Positions 53,101 to 61,864 of a DNA stretch of 64,000 nucleotides are shown here, one piece after another. Location: assembly GCF_004010195.1 (NCBI RefSeq), contig NC_057718.1, forward strand, positions 100,572,411 through 100,636,410. The letters are read 5' to 3'. The notes beneath the pieces were generated by a model that worked only from the letters and a program-made list of their open reading frames with translations, made no database searches and was not told the origin of the DNA. Each line of letters starts with the position of its first letter. The first letter of the stretch is position 1. Source of the DNA: Chiloscyllium plagiosum (lineage: Eukaryota). The position numbers and the translations under genes were made by a program.

Positions 53101-56100
53101 TCCAAGTTTGCTTGTGCAAGGTATTGAGACAGCCTCAGAAGAATGATTTTGTTAATGCGCAAGTACAGCAGTGATATCTCAAGGCACAAATACACCCCAA
53201 AATGCTTGAGTCAATCCCTGATTGGTTAGGCTTTGTGAACGTTTGAAAGCTTACATATGGAATACTAGCATGGCAAAGATTAAAATAAAATGGAATTCAG
53301 ATTACTTATAAAATACCAGTGTAGCTTCCACTATGTTTGGTAATATTTGGTCTCTAACTTTTTGAACAAGTTATTCAAACATCAATTATGAGCATCTAGA
53401 TTTCCTTCATCCACTCCAACCAGAAACATCATTTAAGTTTTTTTTATGCAACAGAACATGCTCTAGTTAACATTATTAGGTCAAACCTCATTAACTGGAG
53501 GCGGTCCAGTGGACACGTACTAGCAGACAGCATTGAAATAAATAGTAACACAAGTTCACACTAACTCAAACCTGTGAAAAATGAATAAGCCTTATGGGAT
53601 AGTAGAATATTTTCCAATTCAAGGTCAGGTTAAGAATAATCCAGTTGTATCTCCAATACAGTGACAGTAATATCTCAGATTTAAGAGTATTAAAAATACA
53701 CACATCAAGCTTACCAGCTTCAGCTCCTTGATTTCATCTCTTCAAGTAAACTACTTGGATGTCACAAAGACAAGGAGCAGATTGTACACATACATCATTG
53801 ATACAAGCTATTTCATATTTGATATGCATTCTTACAGTGCTGCATTCAAGGTAAGGGTACACATAACATGGTGATGCATATTACAAGTTTGAATAAACCA
53901 TATGATCGATATACTAATTTAACATTGCAAACAGTATCCTATCCTTGGTTATAAGTTATGGTATACGCATTACCAAATCAATATGAATTATGCTAAACTG
54001 GGAAGGTAGTTATGAATGAGAACAGGGGACAAACAGAATCAAATAAATCTCAAGCTGATTAAGTAGTTATTCTGGAAATTTGTTGCTAATGCAACATGAC
54101 CCAACTGAAGATTAAGCTAGCTTGTTTTCACTAAGTGGTGTTTTTGACATCTGCCTGAAGGCATGGCCTTGGCAACTGTTCACTGAACCACTCAAAAGTA
54201 CCATGATTTTCACTGCAGGTAGAGCGAAGACACAACTACTAAGTCGACCTCAGCTAGAATGGAGATTATATCCAATGCTGTTAGGATTACTTTGATATAA
54301 CTCCTACCACTACCATCGCCACTGGATTTTAAAAGCCAATTAACAGGCAGTTTCTTTTAGATTAATTACTTACAGTGTGGAAACAGGCCCTTTAGCCCAA
54401 CAAGTCCACACCGACCCCCTGAAGCGCAACACACCCAGACCCATTCCCCTACATTTACCCCTTCAACTAACACTACGGGCAATTTAGCATGATTAATTCA
54501 CCTAACCTGCACATCTTTGGATTGTGGGAGGAAACTGGAGCACCCGGAGGAAACCCACGCAGACACGGGGAGAATGTGCAAACTCCCAACAGTCAGTCGC
54601 CTGAGGCGGGAATTGAACCCGGGTCTCTGGCGCTGTGAGGCTGTGTCACCATGCTGCCGACTATTGGATATTTCACATTTTACTTTGGACTGTAGGAGGA
54701 AACCAGAGCACCCAGTAGAAACCTATACAGACAAGGAGAGGAGATTAAAATTCCATACAGACATTTGGTCTACGCTGAAATCAATCTCTGGTCCTGGGCA
54801 CTGTGAGGCAGCAGTGCTAACCACTAAGTCACCTTGTTGCCCCAAATACCTGCACCTGTACAGTCCTTTAAATACAGAAACATATGGAAACAGCCATAAA
54901 CATTAAAAAGGTGCAGTCAATTCATCCTGTATGAGAGACGCAATAGTTCATTTCTTTTTAAAAAAGAGATAACTGGCACATGTACAACTATATGGAGTGT
55001 AAATTTCAAGGCTGCCACAAATATTTTTTATTTGGCAGGCAGGTTGTCAATACAGTCAGCAAGGGATTGGGAGGAAAGATGACAAGCCAACAAGACTAGA
55101 GAGATAAGCAATTTCTAAATGTGCAGAGAGGGTAGGTAATCTAGTTAACAAAAAGACAACATGCAAGGAATTAGTGTTTAGAGTTGATCATGTAACAATC
55201 AAGAGCTGCACTACAGCCAAAGTGGAGGCAAGAAAGACAGTGCACTTGAAAATAAGTGTTCTTGCTGTCAAGATGCTTCAGGGTCAGCTCGAGAGCCTGC
55301 TGGCTAGATTTTGCAGATACTTGTCCAATCTGAACAAAGGACAAGCAAAGTCAGCATCAAGAGAACACATTTGTCACAAAGGTAATAATCATTAGATTTG
55401 CTGTACAGATGTCCCAAGAATTACCACTTTAGGCTAGAGAATAGAGTACACCAGTCATTGAATAACCTTCACAAGATGATTTGTTACCATGTGGGCATGT
55501 GATTTGCAATCCCAGAGAGTTCAACTGTACATCTTTATTCTGTAATAAAATGCTAAACAAAAAAATAAAAAACACCCTTAGTTCCTACAACAGGTCATTC
55601 TACTATAACACGTGTTTCATCAACACAAATTCACTGTAATGCAATTGACAAATTGGGGACAGTTTCTAAAGCATGAACTTATAAAACTGTTGGCTGCAAC
55701 ACAATTTCATTGCCAACACTTTAAATGCTGTTTCTAAAGCGGGATTATTCTATAATGCAGGGTTGTACAAGAATGCAGTCATGTTAGAGAAGAATTGACT
55801 GTACTAAAAAAGCAGTCTTACTTGCATTACAACAGTGACTGTTTTAGGTGTGCTACATTGGCTGTAACATTTGAGTGTTATAAAGAACTATCTGGATCAC
55901 TCTTCTGTCCTCTTTTGAAACAGACCAACTTGAAACAACCGAGATGTGCTCTTTGCCACCAATATGAATAATATTTACTCACTACAGTGCCTCCCAACAA
56001 ATAAATATACCAAAATAAATATTTTTGGCTCTAGTCTGATTTATAAAACAAGGCCAGATTACAAAAATATTTCCATTCCTCTCTCCAAAGCTGACAACAT

Positions 56101-57128
56101 ACTTTGTTCAGTAACTACTCAAATCTAAAAAATGAAATGCAATAGAATAGCAAACATTCTTCCTCTTTATGGTGTGAGTTGTAATATTAATCCACTAATT
56201 TCTAGTTAATTATCTACTGCCAATTTAATGATGTGAACATTCCAGCATTCTTACAAATCAGGTCCCTAGGCTAAGACAGCATTCCATATCCATAGCAAAC
56301 AGCAATAATTTATTCAAAGTACAAACTATGTGAGCTTCACTTATTTCTTGCAATCCTTGAACACGATGCAAAGTCCACCTTAAACCTTACGATGAGCTCA
56401 GGGATGTGACCGCAGATACTGAAATCCTTCTAACAACATTCAATGTTTTGAAAGGGATTGCTGCCAAAGATAAAACACAAAGTTTCAGTGTCCAAAATAC
56501 ACCACTATTGATAACTAACAGCAGACAGACAGTTAGGTCAAGAAAAAAAATGTTAAAGGAAGAAAGATTTAGATGGGTACAATGAAGATAAATGGGTAAA
56601 GTTTAAAAAGAAAACAAAAAAGTGACTTAGCACAAGTGAGAGCACATAAGAAAACGCTGAAGGGCAAACCAAAGAGAAAGTGAAAGGCAGAGGTTGAGTC
56701 TGCGTGTTGGGAAGACTTCATTCAAACTCAATGTCTTGATCCAGGAGCAACGCCACGCGCGGTCGGCTCATATTTACAAACAGCTGGAAAACTCTTGCAA
56801 AACAAAGTCCGCCATCAGAAATCGACCGTTTGCAATCGTTAAGCTCCGCACCTTGGCCGCGACTGGAGGCGGGTCTCACTGCAATGTGCAGTGATCCCCA
56901 GCTCTCAGAGGTCAGCCACACCCTTCACGGTTGAGATGGGATGAGGGGGAGGTTGCCCAGGGCTTGAGGACGGGAAAGGAGGACCACCTCACCTGCATGC
57001 ACAAGCACAAACCCCACGCTCTTCCCCTCGGAGACTGCTTCCCCTCCGCTCCTCTTCATCGATGCGGCCCCTTCAGCGGTTCCGGGGGACTGCGGGCCCC
57101 CGGGCCCCAGGCTCCCTGCGGCCTCCAT
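8020..57128 (-). CDS. TASP1: Threonine aspartase 1 (taspase 1), spliced CDS, 3'-partial: join of 10 exons (56993-57128, 52633-52700, 52338-52406, 48814-48934, 42543-42627, 35733-35812, 33345-33451, 11738-11857, 10238-10316, 8020-8130)
   Basis: Manually spliced translation MEAAG...GFVLVHAGAGYHSESKAKEYKQVCKKACQKAIEKLQAG...[15 protein letters not shown]...LDTVGAVVVDHEGNVAAAVSSGGLAMKHPGRVGQAAVYGCGCWAEN...GCGEHLVRTVLARECS matches vertebrate taspase 1 as recalled. All introns are GT-AG and phases are consistent. C-terminal exons were not found in 1-8019. Confidence 0.97.
10238..10316 (-). CDS. TASP1: TASP1 coding exon 9 (AAVYGCGCWAENTSGPNVYSTAVSTS-G)
   Basis: cttacag|GCA...G|gtattt; 79 nt. Confidence 0.95.
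11738..11857 (-). CDS. TASP1: TASP1 coding exon 8 (TNDTASLD|TVGAVVVDHEGNVAAAVSSGGLAMKHPGRVGQ); catalytic Thr codon at 11831-11833
   Basis: tttttag|ACT...CAA|gtaaat; 120 nt; Ntn-hydrolase DTVGAV motif; not in the supplied ORF track. Confidence 0.97.
12178..13200 (-). mobile_element. Second LINE family (CR1/L2 superfamily) RT 3' fragment
   Basis: KFAEDSTIF...MKQELDNIQ...KWQ; reverse-complement similar to 39190-40390. Confidence 0.75.
14680..15300 (-). mobile_element. Penelope-like element 3' remnant (end of GIY-YIG region plus 3' UTR), related to family A hairpins
   Basis: RKLEEQHLIFCLGSLQPGGLHFEFSNF C-terminus typical of PLE ORFs, pyrimidine-rich UTR, then degenerate TTGAAGAAAGG...AAAATGTCGAC and GATGCTGCCTGGCCTGCTGTG. 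Confidence 0.72.
15630..16075 (+). mobile_element. Highly decayed CR1-type LINE fragment
   Basis: Residual QRIVEIWNSLP motif and degenerate upstream RT C-terminus. Confidence 0.55.
16115..17165 (+). mobile_element. Second LINE family 3' fragment, interrupted by a SINE
   Basis: Similar to 39600-40390; continues on both sides of 16779-17069. Confidence 0.72.
16779..17069 (-). mobile_element. HE1-like SINE
   Basis: Closely similar to 4107-4454. Confidence 0.88.
17190..17790 (+). mobile_element. CR1-type LINE 3' fragment
   Basis: LVRPLLEYWVQFWSP-like coding sequence followed by the family 3' UTR ending CTGTATGGCTCT. Confidence 0.82.
18735..19385 (+). mobile_element. Second LINE family RT fragment
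   Basis: ISAGVPQRGVLSPTIFSCFINELP (RT GVPQGS motif). Confidence 0.75.
19656..19862 (-). mobile_element. Hairpin mini-element, PLE-derived family A
   Basis: Inverted arms 19687-~19764 and ~19785-19862; tail 19656-19686; hammerhead core decayed. Confidence 0.8.
20481..22900 (-). mobile_element. Penelope-like retroelement (family B), 5'-truncated, with inverted pseudo-LTR arms; RT and GIY-YIG pseudogene at ~21216-22510
   Basis: GTAMGTKFAPQYANIFM, YTRYIDNIF, FLD, LYRKPTD (PLE RT) and NVVYLIRC...WYIGETKQRLRQRMNGH (GIY-YIG); arms 20481-20860 and 22509-22866 are reverse complements; flanking repeat GAGAGTTCACAA at 20473 and 22911. Confidence 0.92.
20968..21205. repeat. Degenerate (TG)n-rich tract inside the PLE 3' UTR
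   Basis: Direct inspection. Confidence 0.85.
23190..23510 (+). mobile_element. Ancient Deu-domain SINE remnant (SacSINE1/AmnSINE-like)
   Basis: GCTGACACTCCA...AAAGATCCC...CCTGGCTAATATT...TTGCTGTGCACAATTTAGCTGCCGCATTTCC resembles the recalled consensus. Confidence 0.55.
23705..23830 (+). mobile_element. Single-arm PLE family B end fragment with tail
   Basis: Closely similar to 22775-22900. Confidence 0.85.
23707..23741 (+). ncRNA. Minimal type I hammerhead ribozyme motif (family B)
   Basis: CAC-CTGATGA-A-GGAGC-GGC-GCTCC-GAAA-GCTA-GCG; core and stem II intact, one stem I mismatch. Confidence 0.62.
27300..27509. mobile_element. Young hairpin mini-element, family A, inserted in CR1 ORF2 with a 15-bp target-site duplication
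   Basis: Perfect 85-bp inverted arms 27335-27419 and 27425-27509, 5-nt spacer, tail 27300-27334; ACCTGATCAGGTGTA at 27285-27299 and 27508-27522. Confidence 0.92.
27417..27450 (+). ncRNA. Minimal type I hammerhead ribozyme motif (family A)
   Basis: TTC-CTGAAGA-A-GGGC-CTGT-GCCC-GAAA-CGTC-GAA: stem I TTC/GAA, stem II GGGC/GCCC, palindromic ACGT stem III, predicted GUC cleavage after 27447. Confidence 0.72.
29592..29686 (-). mobile_element. Single-arm PLE family B end fragment
   Basis: Closely similar to 20481-20575. Confidence 0.82.
29647..29681 (-). ncRNA. Minimal type I hammerhead ribozyme motif (family B), sense to TASP1
   Basis: Minus strand CAC-CTGATGA-A-GGAGC-GGC-GCTCT-GAAA-GCTA-GTG; core intact, one G-U wobble closing stem II. 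Confidence 0.62.
33345..33451 (-). CDS. TASP1: TASP1 coding exon 7 (FSLSAFRKNRRKLELAEKVETEMIQTKKRREVSEN), basic bipartite NLS-like segment
   Basis: tatttag|AG...AAC|gttagt; 107 nt. Confidence 0.94.
34790..35230 (-). mobile_element. Very old CR1-type ORF1 remnant
   Basis: Weak similarity to the esterase-coding region at 1-400. Confidence 0.4.
35733..35812 (-). CDS. TASP1: TASP1 coding exon 6 (FLVGEGAYKWAVDHGIVPCPPDMMAT)
   Basis: cctttag|T...A|gtaaga; 80 nt. Confidence 0.96.
36960..37440 (-). mobile_element. Very old CR1-type 3' remnant
   Basis: Weak reverse-complement similarity to the old CR1 3' ends (5700-6070, 61450-61850). Confidence 0.45.
38744..38868 (-). mobile_element. Single-arm family A PLE-derived fragment with tail
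   Basis: Matches the left half of the 19656 and 27300 elements; truncated inside the hammerhead core. Confidence 0.8.
38880..39110 (-). mobile_element. CR1-type LINE 3' end fragment
   Basis: Reverse-complement similar to 17450-17700. Confidence 0.7.
39190..40390 (+). mobile_element. Second LINE family (CR1/L2 superfamily) RT 3' half with 3' UTR
   Basis: ALDIKAAF, MIADDGTMFST, WANKWQVTFTPHKCQAM, VRSVMEYSPLA. Confidence 0.85.
40395..41215 (-). mobile_element. CR1-type LINE RT fragment
   Basis: VLGPLLFVIYINDF...SKFVDDTKIG. Confidence 0.85.
42055..42235. mobile_element. Probable Tc1/mariner (pogo-like) MITE remnant
   Basis: Shares TTCT-CTATAAC..., AAATT.GCT.TAA and TTCTATA..GC..GGTTG blocks with 55589-55803. 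Confidence 0.4.
42543..42627 (-). CDS. TASP1: TASP1 coding exon 5 (VKNPILVANKLLNEAQKGKLSAGRIPP-C)
   Basis: tttttag|GG...TG|gtaatt; 85 nt. Confidence 0.96.
43695..43900 (-). mobile_element. Old HE1-related SINE remnant
   Basis: CTAACCTGCACATC...GTGGGAGAAACCAGAGCACCTGGAGGAAACC. Confidence 0.7.
47040..48260 (-). mobile_element. CR1-type LINE 3' fragment split by a solo LTR
   Basis: CR1 sequence CCACCCTA|GGGAAAAGA resumes after 47969. Confidence 0.8.
47325..47969 (-). mobile_element. Solo LTR (645 bp)
   Basis: TGTTATGA...TCATAACA termini (TG..CA, 8-bp inverted), 4-bp flanks CTAA/CTAG, minus-strand AATAAA at 47529-47534. Confidence 0.75.
48814..48934 (-). CDS. TASP1: TASP1 coding exon 4 ([41 protein letters not shown])
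   Basis: gttttag|GAC...G|gtatgt; 121 nt; type-2 asparaginase family motif. Confidence 0.97.
49571..49775 (+). mobile_element. Hairpin mini-element, PLE-derived family B
   Basis: Inverted arms ~49571-49650 and ~49658-49738; tail 49739-49775; flanks ATTACCAAATAA (49561) and ATTACCAGATAA (49776). Confidence 0.85.
51466..51484. repeat. Poly-G homopolymer
   Basis: About 18-19 consecutive G. Confidence 0.9.
51861..52165 (+). mobile_element. HE1-like SINE
   Basis: GGGCGGCACA-ATGGTTAGCACTGCTGCCTCACAGCGCC head, V-like domain, TAATCTAAT tail. Confidence 0.88.
52338..52406 (-). CDS. TASP1: TASP1 coding exon 3 (AIEKLQAGVLAVDVVTAALIELE)
   Basis: ctttcag|GCA...GAG|gtaaga; 69 nt. Confidence 0.96.
52633..52700 (-). 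CDS. TASP1: TASP1 coding exon 2 (AGYHSESKAKEYKQVCKKACQK)
   Basis: tttcag|GG...AAG|gtagga; 68 nt. Confidence 0.96.
54357..54660 (-). mobile_element. HE1-like SINE, adjacent to an older SINE remnant (54670-54843)
   Basis: Closely similar to 4107-4454. Confidence 0.86.
55589..55803. mobile_element. Probable Tc1/mariner (pogo-like) MITE
   Basis: Imperfect terminal inverted repeats ACAGGTCATTCT / AGAATTGACTGTA. Confidence 0.45.
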
Positions 57129-57440
57129 GGTCACAGCCGGGCTCCATGATAACCGTCCCCTTCCATCGCATCAGGGTGGAGAAGGATGGGGGAAGGCAGC
57201 GGCGCTGGGCCCCCGCCGTTCTACCGGAAGCAGCAGGTTTGCAGGCCCCGACCGGACCGTCAGAGTGGATCGGCGCACGCGCAATTTGCGATCCCGCCCC
57301 CGAGCACACGGCGGGTGGCGGTTTAACGGCCGCACGTTCCACTCTGCCCGCCCATCGCTCGCGACCAACGGCCGCAAGCCGAGCCGTGCCGTGCCGCGCC
57401 GCCCCCTCCCCTTCCCCGTCCGCTTGTTCCCGCCTCTTGG
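56745..57440. promoter_or_regulatory. CpG island / probable TASP1 promoter and 5' end
   Basis: Abrupt rise in GC and CpG content against an AT-rich, CpG-depleted background; GC-box-like CCCGCCCC near 57293; overlaps the first coding exon. Confidence 0.85.
56993..57128 (-). CDS. TASP1: TASP1 coding exon 1 (MEAAGSLG...GFVLVHA-G)
   Basis: ACCATGG start context; ends GFVLVHAG; donor CAG|GTGAGG; 136 nt. Confidence 0.9.
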
Positions 57441-57664
57441 CCACACAACGTCAACAGGTGAGAGGGAAGTGGAGTCCAAGCTGGACCTGGTCATGTTGGG
57501 GTGTGGGTATCTGCACCCTCAGTGATGGGCTGGCATGGTTGGACAACAAGTAAGCAATCCTACAAAGTTAAATCAGAGTTACAAAGATAGATTGCTGTGA
57601 TACCATATTTGTGAGGAAGTGATGTTAGTGTTTGTAACTACATGAGGCATCCATTTATTAGATT

Positions 57665-57955
57665 TTTCGAGATGTGCAGCACAAACACAGTCCCTTTGGT
57701 CCAACTCATCTATGCTGACCAGATATCCTAAATTAATCTAGTTCCAATTGCCAGCATTTGGCCCATGTTCCTCTAAACCCTTCTTATTCACATACCCATC
57801 CAGATGCCTTTTTTAATGTTGTAACTGTACCATTGTCCACCACTTCCTCTGGCAGCTCATTCCATACACACACACCATACTCTGCGTGAAAAAGTTGCCC
57901 CTTAGGTTCCCTTTAAATCTTTCCCCTCTCACCGTAAACTTATACCCTCTAGTTT
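57665..57955 (-). mobile_element. CR1-type LINE 3' end fragment
   Basis: Reverse-complement similar to 59940-60210. Confidence 0.8.
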
Positions 57956-58829
57956 TTCACTCGAAACATATTGCATCTTATTTAGCAGTGCAATACATAT
58001 TGATTTTTGGGAGCAAAGTTAGGGATATTTGCAAATGAATTGCACTTTTGAGTTAATGAATTTCTGCCTGACAACAGCTCTCTGGTTGAGCTGCAGTTTT
58101 TAAAAAGTTGCAAATACCACATGCAGCAAATAGGGAATAAAAGTCCAGAGTCTATAGGCTACATCTTTCCCTTTCTTACCTCATGTGGGGAAAAATACAG
58201 AAAACTCCAGAAATCTTAAAAGAATTTTACAAGATGGTAATTCATCTAATCAACCATTGAACTGAGGGATGACCATTACCATACAAACAACAGTGACTCA
58301 TCATTCTAAAATAAAAAGGACTGTGAGAGGAAAATAACTTTCCACCTTGTGGTCTGGGCTTATGATCTTTGGAATTTTGTTTACCCTGTCTATATTCTTT
58401 TTCCACCCATAGTATGTGTTAAACCGTATGTTTTTTTGTCTGGCGTAATTGTATTTGAGTGTGTGTATGTGTGTTTTGATGGGGTGTAGTTTAAGTTAGA
58501 TAAATTAGAAATAATTATTTTTCACTGTTCTTATTAACTGTGTTTCAATAAATTGAACTACTTTTTCTGAACAACAATAACAAACATAATGTGGTTTTCT
58601 TTGTCCTCAGTAGCACAGTCAAGGAAATTGGGTTTTGGTGATCTCATTTAGACTGTATGCATTTTCATATATTCTGACAACTTGTGGGACAGTGGAGTAT
58701 GATAATTGGCATACTATTTCCAGTTAAGACGTCAGACTATTAGAAAGTGAAGTTTCCCTCTTCGTTTGAAATGTCCTTCACCTATTAATTAGTATTGAAT
58801 TATGTTTCTTTTGGCTTATTACAGTAAAT

Positions 58830-60212
58830 GTTTCAAGAGGTTGGCGAATGTGGTGATAAGGAAAAGCCAGGGAACTATAGCCTAGTGAGCCTTGACATTG
58901 GTGGTGGGTAAGCTGTTGAAGGGAATCCTGAGGGACAGGATTTACATGCATTTGGAAAGGCAAGGACTGATTAGGGATACTCAACATGACTTTGTGCGTG
59001 GGAAATCATATCACATGAACTTGATTGAGTTTTTTGAACAAGTAATTAAGAGGTTTGATGAGGGCATAGTGGTGGACGTGATTTTTTTGGACTTCACTAA
59101 GGTGTTTGATAAGGTTCCCCATAGTAGACTGGTTAGCAAGGTTATATCTCATAGAATACATGGAGAACTCACCATTTGGATACAGAACTAGCTTGAAGGT
59201 AGAAGGCAGAGGGTGGTGGTGGAGGGTTGTTTTTCAAACTGGATGCCTGATACCAGTGGGGTGCCACAAGGATCGGTGCTGGGTCCACTTCTTTTCTTCA
59301 TTTTTATATATGATTTGGATGTGAACATTTGAGGTATAGTTATTAAGTTGGCAGATGACACCAAAATTAGAGGTGTAGTGATTTGTGAAGAAGGTTACCT
59401 CAGAGTACAACAGGATCTTGATCAGATGGGCCAATGGGCTGAGGAGTGGCAGGTGGAGTTTAATTTAAATAAATGCGAGGTGCTGCATTTTGGGAAGGCA
59501 AATCAGAGCCTGGTACGGTCCTGGGGAGTGTTGCTGAACAAAGCGATCTTGGAGTGCAGGTTCATAGTTCCTTGAAAGTGAAGTCATCTGTAGATAGGGT
59601 AGTGAAGAAGGTGTTTGGTATGATTTCCTTTATTGAACAGAGCATTGAGTTGAGAGGTCATGTTGCGACAGTACAGGACGTTGGTTAGACCACTTTTGGA
59701 ATATTTCATGCAATCCTGGTCTCTCCCCTATTTGAAGAATGTTGTGAAACTTGAAAGGGTTCAGAAAAGATTTACAAGAGTGTTTCCAGGGTTGGAGGAT
59801 TTGAGCACCAGCGAGAGGCTAAATAGTCTGGAGTTGGTTTCTCTGAAGCATCGGAGACTGAGGGATGACCTTATAGAGGTTAATAAAATCATGAGGGGCA
59901 TGGATAAGGTAAATAGACAAGGTCTTTTCCCTGGAGGGGGGGTGAGACGGGAAAAATTTAATAAGGACCTAAGGGGCAACTTTTTCATGCAGTTGGTGGT
60001 GCGTGTATGGAATGAGCCGCCAGAGGAAGTGGTGGAGGCTGGTACAATTACAACGTTTAAAAGACGTCTGAATGCATATATGAATAGGAAGGGTTAGAAG
60101 GATAAGGGCCAAGTGCTGGCAAATGGGACTAGGTTAGGTTAGGATATCTGGTCAGCATGGATGAGTTGGACTGAAGGGTGTGTTTCCGTGCTGGTCATCT
60201 CTATGACTCTAA
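58830..60212 (+). mobile_element. CR1-type LINE ORF2 RT 3' half with 3' UTR
   Basis: [45 protein letters not shown]; ends CTCTATGACTCTA. Confidence 0.9.
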
Positions 60213-61169
60213 GTGTCCAATTGACAAGCAGTTTTCTTTCCAAGAATGTTGAGGATTCCTTTTAAAAAGGTGTTAGTCTCTAAAGGGATTTTAACATCAC
60301 CACTTCATATTATAAAGTTAGAAGTATTCTGTTTGGGCAATCCATGTTCTGAGTGTGGGAGTAATTAAAAAAACTCATGTTGAATATTTAAAATTGATAC
60401 TTGGCAAAATAATTCAATCTTGAGGTGTGGTTCTTGAAATGGTTTCCTGAAACAGTCTGTTTCAATATTACTTCACTTAATAGCCCATGTTTTGTAAACT
60501 GATTAAATAAAGGCCACAAGATAAGGCCCACCTGTCATAGTATACCAAGGAGCTGGAAACTGTGAAAACCCCTGAGGCTTTGTTTGACATGAGTATATAT
60601 TGGAAATATGTGTAATTGCAATTTTCTTGAGGCATAAGAATAGCATATACTATGCAAGTTCTGCAGCTTCAAATTTGAACTGCTCTGGAATATACTTTTA
60701 CAAATGTTTTGAAGTACATCTTTAGAAACAAATAGAAGCACTCACAGTTATGATGGAGTAACTTGAACAGCAACTTCTGGTATTCACACATTTTCAATTA
60801 ATGTAATTGAACAATATTATTATTGTCATGAGTATTTCACTCCTCCACAATGTGTGCAGTAGGACCCCTTCGTGTGACACTTGGCAATGAAATCAATGTA
60901 ATGGTATGAAATTAGGATATTGACCCACCAAGACCTCACTGAAGACATCAATATTGAGGTTCATACATCCTAAAAAAAGTGAATTTTTAACAGGTTTGTA
61001 ATTATAGCTCAACAAAATCACTAAGACACAAATTTAATTTTACGAGTGTGGCACACCATTCCTTGAAAATGTTAAAAAACATGAGAGATTTTTAAAAGTT
61101 CATTTTACTTTATCTATTTAGTTTATTAATGTTTTTAATTCTATCTTTTTGTATATGATTTCAATCCGA

Positions 61170-61850
61170 TTTGCTGCAAGTAAGCTTAAAGGTGCAGCAG
61201 GCAGTAAAGAAAGCTAACTGTATGTTGTCCTTCATAAAAAGAGGATTTGATGATAGGAACTTGCTGCAATTATAGAGGGCATTGGTGAGGCTACACCTGG
61301 AATATTATATGCAGTTTTGGTCTCCTTATCTGAGCAAGGATGTTCTTGTTTTACAGGGAGTACAGCAAAGGTTTACCAAATTTATATCTTCAGAAGCCAG
61401 GACTGACATAGAAGGAGAGATTGAGTTAGTTTGGATTTTATTCACTGGAGTTTAGATTGAGGGGGTATCTCATAGAAAACTATCAAATTCTGACAGAACT
61501 AGACAGGTTTGATGCAGGAAGGATGTTCCCAATGTTGGGGGGTGTCCAGAACTAGAAGTTTAAGGATAAAGGGTAAACGTCTTTGGATAGAGATGAGAAA
61601 TTTCTTCAACCAGAGTGATGAGCCTGTGGAATTCACTGCCACAGAAAGTGGTTGAGGTCAAAAGATTATGTTTTCAAAGAGTTAGATCTGACTCTTGTGG
61701 ATAAAGGGATTAAGGCTTATACAGGGAGGATGAGATTAGGATATTGAGCTTGATGATCCCAGATCATTTTAAATGGCAGAGCAGGCTCAAGTGGTCTAAT
61801 GTCAAAAAGTGTGGCACTGGTTCAAGTGATCAAATAGCCTACCTCCTTCA
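61170..61850 (+). mobile_element. Old CR1-type LINE 3' fragment
   Basis: LYRALVRLHLEYYMQFWSPYL-like coding sequence; similar to 5450-6070. Confidence 0.75.
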
Positions 61851-61864
61851 TAATGTCCAACCTT

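Noticed and set aside
56931..57553. Several long overlapping ORFs (107-163 aa) in the CpG island
   Set aside because: Expected from stop-codon scarcity in GC-rich DNA; low-complexity Arg/Ala/Pro translations. Only the frame ending GFVLVHAG has homology.
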